Shown here: positions 51,001-62,569 of the stretch, piece by piece
Numbering within the stretch: the first letter of the stretch is position 1
Layout: every line of letters begins with the position of its first letter
Assembly (NCBI GenBank): GCA_029953675.1
Contig: JAMWBK010000004.1
Coordinates: 372,001-436,000, forward strand
Direction: 5' to 3'
Source of the DNA: Rhodosorus marinus CCMP1338
Lineage: Eukaryota; Plantae; Rhodophyta
DNA length: 64,000 nt
Notes under the pieces: model-generated
What the model saw: only the letters and a program-made list of their open reading frames with translations
What the model was told of the DNA's origin: nothing
Databases searched by the model: none
Position numbers and translations under genes: made by a program

Positions 51001-51551
51001 CTTCATCCGTGGGCGCCACGCCCGTTATCTCCCTGATCTCTGCAAACTGGTTTTGTAGCCAGTTCACCAGAGAGCGTGGCGACTCGTTGGTGTGCATCTC
51101 GCGCCGATACCTTGCCCCACACGCTGTCAGCCGTCTCTCCGGAGGAGGGCTCATACCTAGCCCGAAGCGCCGCCCATACCTGCTCTGGCGCTGCCTCTCT
51201 CGAAGAGGCGAAGGCAGTGTCCAGCGCCGGCCCATCCAGCACTCTGGAGAACACCGCAGGGACATACTGTCTCTCCGCTTCCGTCGCGTCTATCGGGTTG
51301 TCGATTACATCCCTAAGACCTTTGACGGTCAGGTAGCACTCTACTTGGTGTCTCCAATTCCGGAAGGATCGGAACGAATCCTGATCCCCGGTGAATACTG
51401 ACGGTAGCGGGAAATCCTTCAAGCGTCCGTCATGTTCTGCAACACTCCCCCTCGTCCTGGCCGCCATTCCTGAGGCAACACCACACACAATCCCTATTCC
51501 CGTAAAAACGCACGAGCGGTTCTTACAAAATCGCACAAAGCGAAGAGAGCA

Positions 51552-51848
51552 TGTTGGAATTTTCGAGGATCCCTGACCTTGACCTCAGTTTCATCCCAAA
51601 CTTCGGTACCTTCTTTATTGTTCCACTGACTAATGGGCTGATATGTTCCACTGAAGTACTGTTCTATGATGTGCAAATGATCGATATCTTGTACTGTTCA
51701 AACTGTTTCCTCCATTTGAAACAGAAACGGTATGATTCAGCGTCCACCCATCGTATGCCATGTGCGTATCGGTCTTACCGTATGTATTACGATGTGTGAA
51801 TGCCCTTCTACGTGTTGAGAGCGTACGGTCACGATTGACCGTTCAACA
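51552..51848 (-). repeat. Copia 5' LTR (297 bp)
   Basis: Direct repeat of 47739-48043, roughly 85% identical by eye with small indels. Confidence 0.95.
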
Positions 51849-52579
51849 AAAGGATTGAAACTTGTTCTCCATAGAATAGGACATCCACCCTAATATTTCA
51901 CGTATTTTATTGGTTGTGCCTACTTTGCTTAGGTTCTGTTCCATAAGTATCCAAATCTGTTCGATATCTCCCCAGAACATTCTTTTCTAGTGCAAAAAAG
52001 TTTTTCTTTTTAATTTAATGGAACACAATCTCAGGAAATGGACTCCCTGTCCACCGGCTCTTCTGCGGTTATTTATTTATAGCCTGCCCTCAGTTCTCAG
52101 GAAGTGAAAGAGCGGTGCGCAGCCTCGCAGGTACGCTGACGGCCAGAGAGACGGCAAGGGGGCTGGACGAGGCAAGTACTGTTCAATAGCTTGTCGGTTT
52201 TCAACGATCTTTAAACGTGCGGGAAGATCCCGGCAAGGGATTTTTTTTCAACTAGAGCGTGGTGCTGGAGCTTGGTGGCGGGACTCCGCCAGGCTATCGG
52301 CAAACACACAGCCTAAGCAAACCGGAAGAAGACAATAGACAATACCCAAGCACTGTGATAAGTTTGCGGTTTTGTGACCCCAAGCCGTCCCCACCTCCCC
52401 GATCACGGACACCATCCCGCGTTCGGACCTTTCCCGTGCATGCCGGCGGCGATCAGTGCAAGTCGTCTAATTGTTGCTGATGACTGTGCGCTGTGCGCTG
52501 TGCGCTGCTCGAGTTTTTAGAGCTCAACTAGTCCGACGTTCGCCTCACAATAACAACAGATATCAACACAAATAGTGTT

Positions 52580-52831
52580 CTAGGCTTGGCTTCTCTCAGA
52601 ATACACGGCATCGACAAACAACACGCCACCTTCCTTGTCAACTCGGTTGATAGCCCATCGCACAGGGTCCCCTTTTTCTTTCAAAGCCTTTTCGATCGTA
52701 TCTCGAACAGACCCAGGGTCCATGGCTGTCCGGCGCACTTTGATCGTTTCAAAACGCAGTGATAGACTTTGAACGCGCACTCGTATTCTCCTCCCGGTGT
52801 AAGAAATCGGCGCTATCCATGAAGCATACAT
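52580..52831 (-). CDS. Small intronless protein resembling a conserved uncharacterised cyanobacterial family, with a putative transit peptide
   Basis: The core FETIKV...VRDTIEKALKEKGDPVRWAINRVD....FVDAV resembles the recalled cyanobacterial pattern FITAEV..AIE.EL..QGEPLRWAI..VD...VEAV. The N-terminal ~25 aa are Arg/Ser-rich. Confidence 0.65.
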   Translation of the reverse strand: MYASWIAPISYTGRRIRVRVQSLSLRFETIKVRRTAMDPGSVRDTIEKALKEKGDPVRWAINRVDKEGGVLFVDAVYSERSQA

Positions 52832-54179
52832 CTTGGAGACAACCCCAGACTATGTCTTGTTTCATCCACAGTCAAGTCAACCAACGCTCACCAGCTTTCC
52901 TCACGTCGGATTTACTGCTCCTACCCAGTCGCGCGACCACCCCACAACACTCAAACACAGTCTGAAGTTCAAACCCGAACGAAAAATAGATTGATATAAT
53001 TGATTGATAAGCAGATGACAGGTAGCCGACAGCTGTCCAGCTTTTTACTTTTATTTTGAAAATAAATGTTGCACGGTAAATCAAAATGTTTTTAGGGAGG
53101 GTAGTAGAGCCCATAGTAAAACAAACAAATTAGAAAAATTATTAACGTTGTTAATGAAATGCCCGCGTTGACCAAATTCTTGACCCAGGGCACAGTTCTG
53201 ACAGAAAAATTCCGGATCCTCAGATGACGCGCACGGCAAAAACCGGTGTGAAAGTTTACGTTAAAGGAGAAGAGCAGAACGCAGAGAACGAGGTTTTTTC
53301 ATTGAACGAAAAAATATCTCGAATTCACAGACCTACATTATGAAGATTTTATTTCAAGTAAACAGAAACGGATATGAACTTGAATCGATGTGAAGGGGTG
53401 GAGGGGGGAAGACGCACAAGGGGTGCCCCTTCACGAATATTTTTGTACATCACACCCCTCTCGTATTTGAAACAAGAATCCATATTTTCATTTCTGCATC
53501 AAATAAAAAGCATTTTTGTGTGCATATACAAAAATCTAACCCAGGAGAAGCAATTGTTAGACGTATCAGGTTTGCAAAAAATCCTGAGGGGTATATGATC
53601 GATATTCACCAATGGAGGAAATGCTGTGATGAAAGCAGCATGCAGAGTTCAGAGTTGAGCTGAGGCTCTCTTTGCTGTGGAGACATCGAACTACTTCCGC
53701 AGCGGAACAACTTGCTTCAAGATTGAAGTTGATAATTAGAATCGAGAGAATGTGTAGGAATTCAGACTGAGTAGAATATGGGTCGCGTCCCGTGCTCCCA
53801 AACAGACAAGTTTGAAACACCGTCACTCAAAGTCAAGCAGAGCATACTCATGTGTGACATGGTGACACAGGGGAAGCCTTAGAAATTGTGCCGTAGACGT
53901 CTGCGCTCGAATCATCGTACACACCTGCTTTCTGGGGAAGTGGGAAGGGGCAGGTTGACCTCCTAGCCGCTGCATAGTACGGTAGAGGATTGGGGTCCAA
54001 GGAGCGTCGGCCTGTTTTCTGTTTCAGATTTTCTTTGCAAGGTGCGGTTTCCCTCAGTTTCAGACGCGCGTGGGGAGATGTACCTGTGCTCCGTGGATGC
54101 TCTTAACTCGTTTCGTTGGTTTCCAGGAGCTGAAGTTGTGTCGTCAGAGCTGTAGTGGTTCTGTGCTGGTCTTTGGGGA

Positions 54180-54518
54180 ATGCCTGAATTCGAATCTCTT
54201 CCTCGAGAGTTGCTGAGCATTATTTGCTCGTATCTCCGTGAGGATGATTTGTTGCAGTTGTACAATGCGCTGCCGTCCCAGAAACTCAAGGACGTCGCCA
54301 GTGTAGCATATTCGCGAACCGAAGGGAGACGACAAAACGTTCCAGTCCGGATAACGGCTGCCGGGGAGATTGACTGGCAGAGGGCCTTTCAAATGGCCTG
54401 TGAAGAGCGCAGTAGGCTCGCTCAGAATTTTGTCAGAGAGGGCTCTGCTTGGCGATTGCGAGATAGTCCAGCGTGCTACCCAACAGCTGCGATTGAGGTT
54501 GTCGGGAACGTGAGGTAA
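54180..54518 (+). CDS. First exon of an F-box protein (downstream exons unresolved)
   Basis: It begins FESLPRELLSIICSYL...DLLQL, has an in-frame stop upstream of the ATG, and ends at an AG|GTAAG donor. Confidence 0.65.
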   Translation: MPEFESLPRELLSIICSYLREDDLLQLYNALPSQKLKDVASVAYSRTEGRRQNVPVRITAAGEIDWQRAFQMACEERSRLAQNFVREGSAWRLRDSPACYPTAAIEVVGNVR

Positions 54519-54784
54519 GTGTCGGGTCTTCGGCAGCGTGCTCAACTGTGAGGAACTTTCCGCTCAAAAGCAAGCTTTGTGGGATGTTTATCATGCCATA
54601 GGCGCTTCAACTGGCGTGCCAGTCCAGTCTGTGCTTGCGGAAATCATTAGAACAAGAAAGCTTTGGACGATGCAACTCACCGACGTGCGTCGTAGAGCAC
54701 GTTGTACCTCGTTTGGCACCTCGTTTGGCCTGCATATTTACTGTACTATAGTTCCGTCTGATCACGAAGACGGGCGCGGCTCTG

Positions 54785-54986
54785 CTAGCGATGGTGGGTC
54801 CAGTTCTCGGTGCCGCAAGTATTGCCTGTCATTTCCTATTTCAGCCCCCTCCGCGAACTGAGGCTGCTGGGCGTTGCTTGTTTGGATCTACTAGCGATGA
54901 TGGTCCAGTTCTCGGTGGCGCAAGTATTGCCTGTCATTTCCTATTTCGGCTCGAGCCAAACTGAGGCTGCCGGGCGTTGCTTGTTT
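54785..54986. repeat. Recent 106-bp tandem duplication
   Basis: CTAGCGATG..GGTCCAGTTCTCGGTG.CGCAAGTATTGCCTGTCATTTCCTATTTC..AACTGAGGCTGC.GGGCGTTGCTTGTTT starts at 54785 and again at 54891. Confidence 0.92.
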
Positions 54987-55219
54987 CGCATGTACGCGCC
55001 AAGTTTTCAGTCATAGCCGGTTCGAATTGCTTTATTTTTACATCAGACCCGCATCAAAAGAAGACACTAAACTCAAACGACGCACGATGGCTCCCCAGCA
55101 GATTCGATCTACGATGCTCCCAGTTAAGGTATGGTTTTTTTTTCGGTTTCGGTTTTCCGTTTCCCTTCCCTTCTTTCAGTTCTCTACACAAGCAGCTTCC
55201 CAAACCCTCAGGAATAGTA

Positions 55220-56479
55220 TCAGGCAAAGCCGGTCAGCTTCGCGGTTAGCTCCCATAGTCGATTCGCCTTTTCCGTATCCAACGCCTCGTAGCTGACGTC
55301 CTTTTCGAATACTGGCGAATCAGATTTAGTACCCTGCCACCGCCAATAGGCTCCTCCTCGGGCGAATCGGCTCTCTGAAGCCACTTGTGCGGCCCTCAGT
55401 CCAGCCAACTCCTCGGACACGTACTGCTTGGTGATATACGTTTGGAAAACCGGGAAAATGCTTCGGAACCATCCCCGCTTCTCTCGGAATAGCCCAGAAT
55501 CAGCCACGCATCCTGGGAAAAGGGTCGTGAACGTGATATTGTTCTGCCTTCCATAGCGTCGGTCGAGCTCCTTCATCAGGATGGAGATGCAAACCTACGA
55601 AAGCAAGGACGATCGGTGCGAGACCCAGTCAGAATTTTGGTAGCGAGATTACGCGGGCAGAACCTTCCCGGCATGCCGCTTCACGTCCTTGCCTCATGGC
55701 CGGTTGAGTGCACAGCTTACCTTGGAGTCTTTGTAGGCCTTTGTTGGCTCAAACTTGCCTGCGTTGATCATTCCAATCGGCTCCTTGAAGCCTGCCTCCA
55801 GGCCCTGCATATCTCCGAGATCCGCCTGAGGCGGGATCTTGCCCGGCAATGTGTCAGGATTGTGAGTCTCCGTGCCGATGAAGACAACGCGGCTCTGATT
55901 TTGTCCCCTTTGCAAGTTCGGTCGAATGGTGCTATTCTTGATCATCAAATTGACCATGAGGAAATGTCCAAAGTAGTTGACCGCAACGGCTTCCTCGTAG
56001 CCATCCACAGTATAGCGGGGTTCCGTGTCCTTGGGATGCCAAGTGGCCGCATTGCAAACGAGGGTATCCACAGTGATGCGGTCGTTCCTGAGGGTATTCA
56101 CAAAGCTCCGCACGCTCTCGAGGCTGCCCAGGTCCAATTTCATAATCTTGTAGGATTCTTCGTCGAGGTCGTATTCCTCTGCTACTTTCTTTGCCTTCTC
56201 TGGATTCCTCACCGCCATGATAACGTTCCATTCGCCACTACGGGAGAGATCCTTGGCGGCGTGCTTACCGATACCGGATGACGCTCCCGTGATTACGACG
56301 GTCTTCGTCCTACTCTTTGGAACCTGAGGATTCGACTGCTTCGGCACCTCAGGAGCCGTCACCATGCGCACTCGCCCATTGTAATTCACGCTCCTGGGTT
56401 GGCTCACCGGTTCGCCACACACGGACCTCAACCCTGCCTTGCTCGACACACTAAAGCTACCCGCTACGAAAGCCATCAT
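55220..56479 (-). CDS. POR: Light-dependent NADPH:protochlorophyllide oxidoreductase, 2 exons
   Basis: It has a MAFV transit peptide, VVITGASSGIG, LDLGSLESVR, LVCNAA and AYKDSK|VC (intron 55720-55595), followed by LFPGCVA.SGLFRE, YVSEE.AG.R and LWE. Confidence 0.96.
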
Positions 56480-58792
56480 GTGCTAAATCACCCGCACCCA
56501 ACCCTCCTCAACCCCCACCCCACCCCCACCCCCGCCCCGCAAAACAGTCAAAAGCAACAACTCCTCGCTCGAATCTTCGTTCACCTCCCTCTCCACCTCA
56601 ACCTTTCCCTAGTAAGATATCCACCTTCTCACCGCTTCATAAATATCTCGAAGGATGGGCCCGATGTCCTACCTAAGATTGGTGGGTCAACTTGGAACAC
56701 ATTCTCCTCGAAAGACAAAACCAGCAAAAGGGGGGTTGCAATCGCAGACAAAATATCCATCAAATAGACGGACTATCTTTCATCCAATAAAAAGCCAAAC
56801 AATACTAAAGTTTTATTTCTGAATACCACGTATAATTCTCAAAATACATGCTTATTATGCAGGAATTCAATGTGTTTAGTTAAAAACATATAACACATAT
56901 TTAACCAATGAAAATTTCTTAAATTCTTCTTAAACTAATCATTACTTTACATCTGTTCTTAATCTTATTAACACCGTACAAAGATCTCCGCGTGTCCAGA
57001 ACCGTTATTTTTAGTATTTGATAAAGGGGGTACGAGATTTTTCCTGAAATCCGGAGCGTCACCTCCGTGCCCAGATCAAACCGTTTTTCGCTTGGCGAGA
57101 GTAAATCTAATGGATATTTTTTGTTTCAAGAGATATGGAAGAAAAAACATCCCTCACGAGAATGCCCGATGATGTCCTTGATTGAATACGAACACCTGCC
57201 ATTGGATGAAAACCTGAAGTCCGCTCTAATTCTTCATAAGTTCATATTTATGGTGGACGGTGGATATTTGAATTTCCATTGTTTTAGATAAGTATCTGCT
57301 CGATATGTCAGTCAACTGGAAAATCTACTTCTAGTTGATTGAATCACAAACGGGTTGTTGTTGAAAGTACGAATCTGTACTCGAAGGACATGCTAAATGG
57401 CCACATCCAGTCAGGCCTGTGTCTGAGGCTACAGCAAAAAATCTGGAGAGAGTCCCGAGGAAGGCACCAGTCCATCATCGCGAAACCCACAGTCAGGCGG
57501 GCTACTCGACGGCTTGGACTCGGTGGGTTTCGGTACCGATCGCACGCGTTATTCCTGCTGATATTATCCCAGGCAAGGTTTACTGCAATTCCGCAAGTCA
57601 GACGGGTCGGGCTTGATGGATGTGTGGGCTCATCTAATAAAGCAAGGGAAGCGCACTCCTCATTGCAATCTTGCGCTTCCTGAAGATCTCTTCTTCCTTA
57701 TTTTTCATGTAGGAATCGTCACCCTGTGTCGACCTTTCCCGTAGGTTCCTGAAAGTGGTATCCAGCTCCTCGAGGATGGGGATATTAGGGCGGAAAGGCA
57801 GGGTTGAGGGAAACCTGCGTGTGATATCAGGGCTGGACTTTAGTCAAGGGCTAGCAATCTCCCGAGAACGAAAAGCTACGAGCGACGCATGGAACGAGCC
57901 TCACGTGTATGGGTGGCTGAACTCCGTCAAAGGGTTAGAAGATATTGGCAGTGCAACCCAGGACATCTATGCTCATGCCTCTGCACCTTTCACTTCGGAT
58001 GATGAGAATGCGCTCCCAGGGAACGGTACCGCGCTCAAGCCAGGTGACTGCAAAATGCCTGGGGCAATGTTCCGGACTTGGGTAAATCCGAGTCTCCAAG
58101 ATTTCCCTATGTTGGCGCAAGTCAGCCTGAGCCAGATCGATGTTTTTTAATACGGATTGACGAGCAAGAGAAAATTGTCACCATCGCATGACTTCGACAT
58201 CTTTGCATCCACTGACCCGAGCCCTACGCTTTAGCATTGACTCAGAGTGTAAATCGTTCGCTTTTTATGCCACATGAAAAGCCCGGCGATTCCTCTTCTG
58301 CGGCGATGCCGCCTGGCGAAGTTAACTGGTCACGTTTCTACCCGGTTGCGAGCCTTTCGCTTCCGCTAAGCCGCTGAGCTGTGAAAGGAATCCGCTCAAT
58401 TGCTTGCTATACCAGGAACCCTCGATGGTGCGGGGGAGAAGCTGGATGAGCGCTCAGTCCACAGAACCGTTTACTTTCTAATCGACGCTTCCAAATTAGA
58501 CAAATGCGCGGAATTATTTCGCCGATGAAACAAACACCAACAGAAAGAGGTGAGTTACCTTCACCAGTCCAGCCAGAAATAACTATACGATTTAAACTGG
58601 ATCTGGGCCTAGCACGGTAGCTAGCTACTTGATAACAGGCCATTTTAGTTTACTGCAACCCCTACGTCCAAGTCCACCTACTATTCATGTATGAATTCAG
58701 ACACCGGAGATAGCTGCACTGGCATGGAAGGTTCTCATTATAGCCCTCTCGAATACGACTCACCTGAACAAGAGGCAGGGAGCAAGTAGTCT

Positions 58793-59002
58793 CTACGCGA
58801 TAAAAGTGAAATGATTCTCCTTATACAACTCTTCGAGATTGTTCCGAATAGTCTCCACTGCCCATCCCTCAACAAAAATGTGGTTGTCATCCAGATCAAA
58901 CAAAACGAAGCTCCTAGGCTTCAAGTCTGCATCAAGCTTCAGGATGAACTGCTTCGTGGGTACATCGCATGCAACCAAAACCCCTTCCGTAAAGTGCACC
59001 AT
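58793..59002 (-). CDS. TFB5: TFIIH subunit Tfb5/p8 (TTDA)
   Basis: MVHFTEGVLVACDVPTKQFILKLD...FVLFDLDDNHIFV...EELYKEN. An alternative ATG lies at 59014. Confidence 0.93.
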   Translation of the reverse strand: MVHFTEGVLVACDVPTKQFILKLDADLKPRSFVLFDLDDNHIFVEGWAVETIRNNLEELYKENHFTFIA

Positions 59003-59939
59003 CCTTCCGGGCATCCGTCAGCCCCTAAGTGTTCCTCATAGATCTTCAGCGAACCAACAAAACTCAGAGCTAATAGACCTCAAGGACCATTCCCACTGCT
59101 CTCAAAGAATCGACCAAAGTCTAGCTAACCACCAGCCCAGCTAATCAGGTCCAGGGTCCTCATCCCAAATGTCCTTTAACATTAACCAGTCTCGCATCCG
59201 GAAGCACTCTACTCCAGGTTCGCAAGAGCATCATACTAAATCATCATTTATGGAAGAACCCAACCGATTCCGTGAAAGTGCGGGACGGGAAGCGATCCGT
59301 TTGCTGTTCTCGTAAGGACTACTACAGCATATAAATAGAACGGGTCACGCAGAAAAGCGACATGCCGTTTTAAGTCCGATCTCCACAGCTGGAATCAAAA
59401 GTGAGATTCTAACTGGCAAGGCCTCCCACCATAACCAGGGGTTGTGGATGACGAGCCGGTTCGTCATTTGCACAGATGAACTTATTAGACTGTTAGCTTC
59501 TTTGAGTCTAACTCTCTGGCGCTGTAATGCAAACCTTAGTTCTGGAGTAGCTGCTCTCTGCGCCCTTCCCAGTGCACCTTAACAGGCCCCGTTTAAAACT
59601 GATCTGATTCATGAGCTTTTGAGATATTGCTTACTGTAGAACGTAAACACATAGCATAACACATTAGGGGGTCCCTAGTACCTGGATACACTCCTCATTT
59701 TCTGTTTATAGCCTCCATTCAGGAACCCTACCACGAGGAGTACACTAAAATGAGCTAAAAGTGTATTAAAAAGAGCATTGTGTCAGTGCGAGTCCTGCAA
59801 ACTGGGAAGCTACCTCCCCCCCGGGATGAGTCAAGGGAAGAACGTTCAAGGGGTCTCCTAGGTCAGAAACAGGGTACAGCGGCTTTTTATGGTATATTGA
59901 GTACCAAAATGTGCGCTGAGCGGTACCCGACCGCTCGCG

Positions 59940-60212
59940 GTGGGGAGGCCTTAGTCTACCTGGATGACCTCGTGGTCACCTGTGAGGATAGCCGCCGTAC
60001 GACGTACGTTGATCTTGCTGCTCCTAACCCTCAGACTAGCCGCTATTTGCCCGCTGCGGGAGAGCGCCGTGGATTTGACGCTGAGACGTCGCAAAGAGTT
60101 GAAATATGCGGGGGCCTTGTCTTCCCCAGGCATTCGTGCTTCCGCTCTAGCTCATCGCCTGGTATCTCTGATCATTGAGTGCTTTGGGTTTATGGATTCC
60201 GTTGGCGAATAA
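59940..60212 (+). mobile_element. Another decayed RLE-domain relic of the CRE-like non-LTR family
   Basis: DLVVTCEDSRRTTYVDL..RYLPAAGERRG, then a frameshift, then KELKYAG..ASAL..LIIECFGFMDSV. This is colinear with the relic near 14 kb. Confidence 0.65.
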
Positions 60213-61706
60213 AAAGGGTTGTGAACGATCGACGAAGTCAAGAAAAGAGCCTTGAACGGTCGAACAGGTCAAGAAGGGGCTAAGATAGTAGTAACTGCTT
60301 GTGCTTTCCACATTTTTGCCTCTCGAATGTGCTTCCACAAGTTGTTAGCAAACAGATATTAACTCCTGAGTAGCAGGCCTGGCTGTAATGGACCGGATTT
60401 CCGAGTGGCAACATATACGCGCAACAGGTACAAGGTGTTGAAAGTTTTCAAGCTGACTGAAGCTATGAGCGATCTATTATATTATCGGGAGGCGATGTTT
60501 TCGCCCTTGTCCCGTTCGATTGTGAGGCAGTTGGAAGGCTGGACTGGCAGCAAAAGGTGGCCTTCTTGTGGAAGTTGCTCTGGCGTTTCGTTTCCGCGAT
60601 TCGTTTTCATAGTCCTCTTTCCCTTCGAGTCTAGTTAGCTACATCATCATCATCCGTTCACTACCCTGTTGGGTCTGCTCCTTTCGTTGCAACTTGTTTT
60701 TTTAGCGCCACAGTCTGTGTCGCCAGAACTAGGGAAAGGTTTGCTTCAACTGTGTACTGGCAGCTACGAGTGGAGGAGGCAGACATGCCGAACAAGCGCT
60801 CATCCTCTTGGAAGATAGCACTTGTCAGCAGTCGAATGACTCAGAACGATGTGCATCAGCTGGCGCGACCAAGTTTGGATGAGACTCATGCTGTGATCCG
60901 ACATTACGCCAGTCTTCCGGTGGGCTACATCGAACCTCTGCTATTATTAAGGAAAATGAGGGACGGGATTGTGTATTGTGTGTTGTAGTGGGGGCTAACA
61001 GCTAACATTTGGCGTGTAGCTTGGATAGTGGGAATAGGGTTGTGCGTGAAATGAATTGCCCGCGCTATGTAGAATATAAAAAAATTCCCTGAACCGGGGA
61101 TGGACGTGAGGGTTTTTTTTGTTGGCTGAGTTTGGCGCGACTGAGTTTGTTCGCGATCTTGGTGTGGGCCGCCATCTTTCTGCGGCTGTTCCTCGCCTTT
61201 CCCGGCGTCTCCGGGTCGCCCGCGAAGGGGTTTAGGGTGGTTTTGGTCTGGGAAGGTGGTCCCGGTAGGGGATTGGTTTAATTTTGGTGTTGGTGTTTTG
61301 AGCGGCGATATTTCGGTCATCGGCGGTGCTTGTGGAGTACACCTGAGCAAACTCAACCCGGCGTCCCTCTGAGTCTCCGCTTCAGATCGGTTCGTCAACT
61401 GCCTCTCCGCAGATTGCTCGCGCTGTTGCTGCTGCTGCTGAAGCCAACCGCCTCGCGGAGCTGACTTCCGCGCTCACTGCTTTTGCCGATGCCCCGTGTC
61501 CCGGCGCGACGACGGCGGCCGCGGATGTCCCACATGCGCGTGTCCCATCTGGGACAACTGCTGTCGAGACAGCTGTCCATTAGACAGCTGTCCTCCCGAA
61601 TCGATCTCCTGATACGTCTCAACTATCCACCGGGCGATGAGACCACTTGATACGTCTCAACTATCCACCGGGTTGACGTCTCCAATTATTCCAGAATTCA
61701 GGTTTT

Positions 61707-62184
61707 CTCGACTCTCTGATGATGACGACGATTATAAAATTACCCTGGCGGAAGGGTACTTAACCGGTGATGCGTCTTACTGGTGGTGCTTGATTCCCGA
61801 CGACCAAAAACCTACTACGTTTGAAGGTTTTGAGATTCTGCTGAAATCTCAATTCTATCCAGCGGACACGAAGATCAGAGCCAAATAACGACTTGCGCGA
61901 GCCACCCAGCGCGCGACAGTCGCGTCGTATATGGCATATTTCAACCAATGCCTTATACAAGTGGGAGAAATCTCTGATTCAGAGAAATTTGACCGATTTG
62001 TGGAGGGTCTTAAACCAGATATCAAACGGTATATATACATCCAAGATGTGACTACGTTCGAGGATGCCCAGTCTCTGGGCCTAAAAATCGAAGGAGCTGA
62101 CCACGCGAGTCAGGGGCTTCGACGGGATCCGCAAGACCAGCGACACCGTAAACCAGAGAGCCAAATAAACCCGATACCACGGGG
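61707..62184 (+). repeat. Inverted copy of gag segment 62748-63225
   Basis: 478 bp with 6 substitutions, compared base by base. Confidence 0.97.
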
Positions 62185-62569
62185 TTCAACATCAGCAGCT
62201 GATTTGGTAGGTCGAATCTTGCTTGATAGTAGTTGAGAAAATCTCTTCCCAAATACCCTGGGCTTGTGGCGTCTTCCACAACGTAAGGTTGCCAGTCGAA
62301 GCTGTGACCGCCCAGTTGTAAGGTTACGTTGGCTTCGCCCAAGATTTATATGGATGTGCCCGGGGAGGCCGTGTCCAATTTCCCGTGTTCAGTCGGAATT
62401 ATTGGGGTGGCGTCCGGTCTTCCTCTCAGTACGGAGTGGCTGCTACCTGTATCGACGAGCAGGGAAATCCTCTTGCCGTTGACCAGCCCTTCCACGGTCA
62501 TGTCTTCCCTCATCGGAACCGGGGCGCCTTTATCAGCAACAGTATCGGCACCTCCTACTGCTGCTCCTC
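62185..62569 (-). pseudogene. Retroviral-type aspartic protease in the -1 frame relative to gag, with one in-frame stop and truncation at the inversion junction
   Basis: VEGLVNGKRISLLVDTGSSHSV...*...GYLGRDFL. Confidence 0.85.

Larger units (their letters stand above)
47739..51848 (-). mobile_element. Degenerate Ty1/Copia LTR retrotransposon
   Basis: TG..CA LTRs lie at 47739-48043 and 51552-51848, with a PPT (AGGGGGAG) at 48044-48051. Domains in order are gag, CCHC (CYRCKKPGHIRANC), protease (LLDSGATDHIC), WHRRLGH, integrase (HTDIAG), RT (DVKTAYL, LRKSLYGLKQAGREW, YLDD) and RNase H (AQSTAEAEY). There are many frameshifts and deletions. The flanks are AAAAG and AAAGG. Confidence 0.97.

Noticed and set aside
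57339-58150. ORFs 57339-57683 and 57755-58150 as a gene or transposase
   Set aside because: No diagnostic motif was recognised.
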